A stretch of 64,000 nt of DNA from positions 558,001 to 622,000 of the forward strand of contig NC_134035.1 in NCBI RefSeq assembly GCF_964204645.1. Reading direction: 5' to 3'. Position 1 is the first letter of the stretch. Each line of letters opens with the position of its first letter. This stretch comes from Tubulanus polymorphus. Lineage: Eukaryota > Animalia > Nemertea. A program made the position numbers and the translations under genes. A model generated the notes under the pieces. That model saw only the letters and a program-made list of their open reading frames with translations. It did not search any database and was not told the DNA's origin. Of the stretch, positions 61,026-64,000 are shown piece by piece.

Positions 61026-62894
61026 TAACACCACGTTAGTTCTAAAGCCAATCTAACAATTTATGACCAGTCTTAAGACACAACAATAGAATTAAAGACT
61101 ATTTGTTCTTGGTCAATTTATCCGTTCACTGAATGAACAAAAGCTATAAATTCGACAAACACTTTGAACTCTATAGTCCTCTGAGAGATATTTCTGATAT
61201 CTCAATGATGAGGAGGTCAGAACTGATACCTTACATAATATATACCCGAAATCTAATATAGATATAGCACGCGCATCATATTGAGACCGGACACACGATG
61301 ATGATGGGCGACTCAATCATCATTGCCTAATAATTCCACATCGTTAATTATTAATCATTGACCCTCGGGAACCGCTTGAACTAGAACGTGATCGAGGGCG
61401 CGGGTAACGTACTAACTCATTATATTTTGTCACCCGTGAAGAAGTAGAAGATGTCTATAATTGTCTGACGTTGTTACACGTACAATAATCATTGATAATA
61501 CGAGAAAAACTGATCATAGAATATTCATAAACATGACAATCAACACATCAATATCTGCAGCTGTTTGTTGTGACCGGTCGTAACGATTGACAAATATATC
61601 GACAACGTAGTATTTTCATGCAGCGATTAACATGAATTGTGTTGTATTTATAGCTATTTCGATACGGAAATTTACAACGTTTGTCACCAACTGAAACCAC
61701 AAAAGCTTTAGTCATTTCACAGGTGACAGCGGGCTTGAGAATTTCGCCAAAAACTTTTCTGATTATCAAAATATTCGAAACACTACGCAACTTATTCAAT
61801 CATAGTACCTCAGAAAAAATGCCAGTCGGAAAAAATAATTCAATATGGTTAAAGTCAGAATGAAGCGCCTGAAATCGCTATTAATGTAATGCTTACATAC
61901 TCAAATACAAATATCTGACGGTCACAAGAAATGTACTGAGTCTACACCGCACATCACTTATCTTATTTCAAGACAAACATGCTTCAACACATCATCACTA
62001 AAACTTCTATTGATCATTTTCATCTATTCGAAAACAACTAACGAATTTAAACTGACGACAATAGACAACTTTAAAAATGAAATTCTATATGAAATGAAGC
62101 TTCATCTAATTGGGTACTACTTGCACTAGATTACAATGTTTAAGGAAAAAATTATGAATAAATATCTAGAGAATTCAGCTTCTTTAAGATGTACAAAACT
62201 TGTATAATTTTCTTAACACAAAAAATGAACGGCGTTGAGCATTTCAAAGCAAATTGCCCCCCCCCCAAAAAATGAAACAAAAAAACTTACCAACAACGAC
62301 GACAAGAGATTGTTGGCGGCTGATAACCGTTAGACGACGGACAGTTAGAAATAGACTGACAAAATCGACACCAGTGTATAAGTTGCTTTTAGTCGAAGCC
62401 GTTTCAATTATGGATTAGGACTGACGTATTACGGGCGTACATTATAGATGAACTGAAACGCGGCAAGAGTTTGGTAGATCTACGCAACGCGCCCCTCAAA
62501 CTTCCCCGACGACATCAAATATTCACGAGGCTTTATGGAATTTTTAATGCGAACGCAATAATACCCGGAGAACGTAAGTGGATGGCGTCGTGAATTATGA
62601 ATGAACCACTACAGGTTCCAGTTTATCAGCTTTTAGCTTTCAGAAAACAACGCGATGATGGCCGCGATATACTCATTATTGCATCATTTAGTAACGTCAA
62701 TCGACGACGACGCCGCGCCCGACGACGGCCACCGGTAGATCGTATTAACATCGACAATGCGACCGGTGATTTTTGCGCCGACGCGATAGATTTCTATGGA
62801 ACGATTTCGGTCAGCGTTTCAATAATTCAACGGACGCTGAAGTTTTCTAACTTGCGCAACGCGACGACGGGTATTGTCTCCGCGCGGAATCTAT

Positions 62895-62934
<40 letters not shown>

Positions 62935-64000
62935 ACTTAAACAAAACGAAAAAAACCAAAAAAAAACTGAACTACACGAGCAACGAAACCAACGGTAATC
63001 GGAGAATCGGCGGAATATTCTCGTTACAATCAAAAAGACACCTCTCCTCGTTACAACCAATGACAAAGACTAATACCGTAAACGATCGCTGTACCAAAAA
63101 AAATCTATAGAGTTTCGAGCGTGAAAAATCTAAATATATAAAATCACGATTTTTTTTGCATATCCGAAATCGTATACGCATGTTTTTTTTTTTTCGTTTG
63201 ACGACATTAAATAAACTTCCCGCTCGAACAGTTTAACGTCATCTATAAACTGAGCTGAATAATGACTTTCAAACTCACTCTTAGTTTCACTAAAAACATG
63301 GTTTCAAGCTACGATTGATTTCGAAGATGATCGAACTGATGATAATGGCCACAATTTGACCCGGGTCGAACTGGCCTCCATCAGATAGAAGTCAAATGTC
63401 TAATGCGACAGCATTTACACATGTAAATCACTTACTCATTACTAAATTGCTATCAGAATGATGCTGCGGCAAGTGAAGTGAATCACTTCCAGAACCAGTT
63501 AGAATTCACACGAAATAATTTAACCCTTGGTAAAATGTGGCGCGACCCTAGTCCGACGTTTTCAGTCTGGCGCTGTCAATCAGGCACGGCGCCCATTTTA
63601 ACTATATCTGAACATTGATACGAACCGTGATACGTGGCTAAACAGGCTCTTGATGATTACATTGATTTATATAAGCCCGTTAAAAACCACAGTTGTGGGT
63701 TGAAAAAAACATAAAATCCAACATTGAACTAAAACATATCAAAAGTGGAAATATTTCGAGTGGTTCCAACCACCTTTCATCTAAAGGACTCGAAGAATGG
63801 AATAATTCTGCTCCGAATAAACGTTATAGCTCGATTAAAAATTTGTGGAATTTTGTGTTATGTTAAAGCAACGCGGATACTTGGATTTCAAATAAGTTCC
63901 AAGTCTAGTTCGAATCCATTGTGAGGTTATGTTAATCATTTGTTCAGAACGAGTATTTACCTTATATTAATATATTTCAGCGTGTAATAGTATTTAGAAT

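Overview
AT-rich, intron-containing animal (invertebrate, probably lophotrochozoan-like; the taxon cannot be fixed from sequence alone) genomic DNA with short GT-AG introns. Ten protein-coding genes were reconstructed by hand; spliced frames were checked, except SLC22 copy B, which was inferred exon by exon from copy A. In order: eIF3m (-, 10 exons), RPS10 (-, TCT/5'TOP leader), an SLC6 glycine/proline-type transporter (-) with three apparent alternative first coding exons, two tandem intact SLC22-like MFS transporters (-), an MS4A/CD20-like tetraspan protein (+), a small secreted single-domain Kunitz inhibitor missed by the ORF track (+), an N-terminal RASSF9/10-like gene (+), a kinase-only myosin light chain kinase (+), and a large C2H2 zinc-finger protein with an Ikaros/hunchback-type C-terminal finger pair (-). 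Non-coding DNA carries many MITE-like palindromes, minisatellites and several Penelope-type minimal hammerhead-like cores. There is no CRISPR array, rRNA or convincing tRNA. I found no clearly new multi-gene system. The best leads are the triple N-terminus SLC6 gene, the hidden Kunitz peptide, the hammerhead cores, the mosaic SLC22 pair and an orphan promoter with a short T-terminated unit at ~32.3-32.6 kb.
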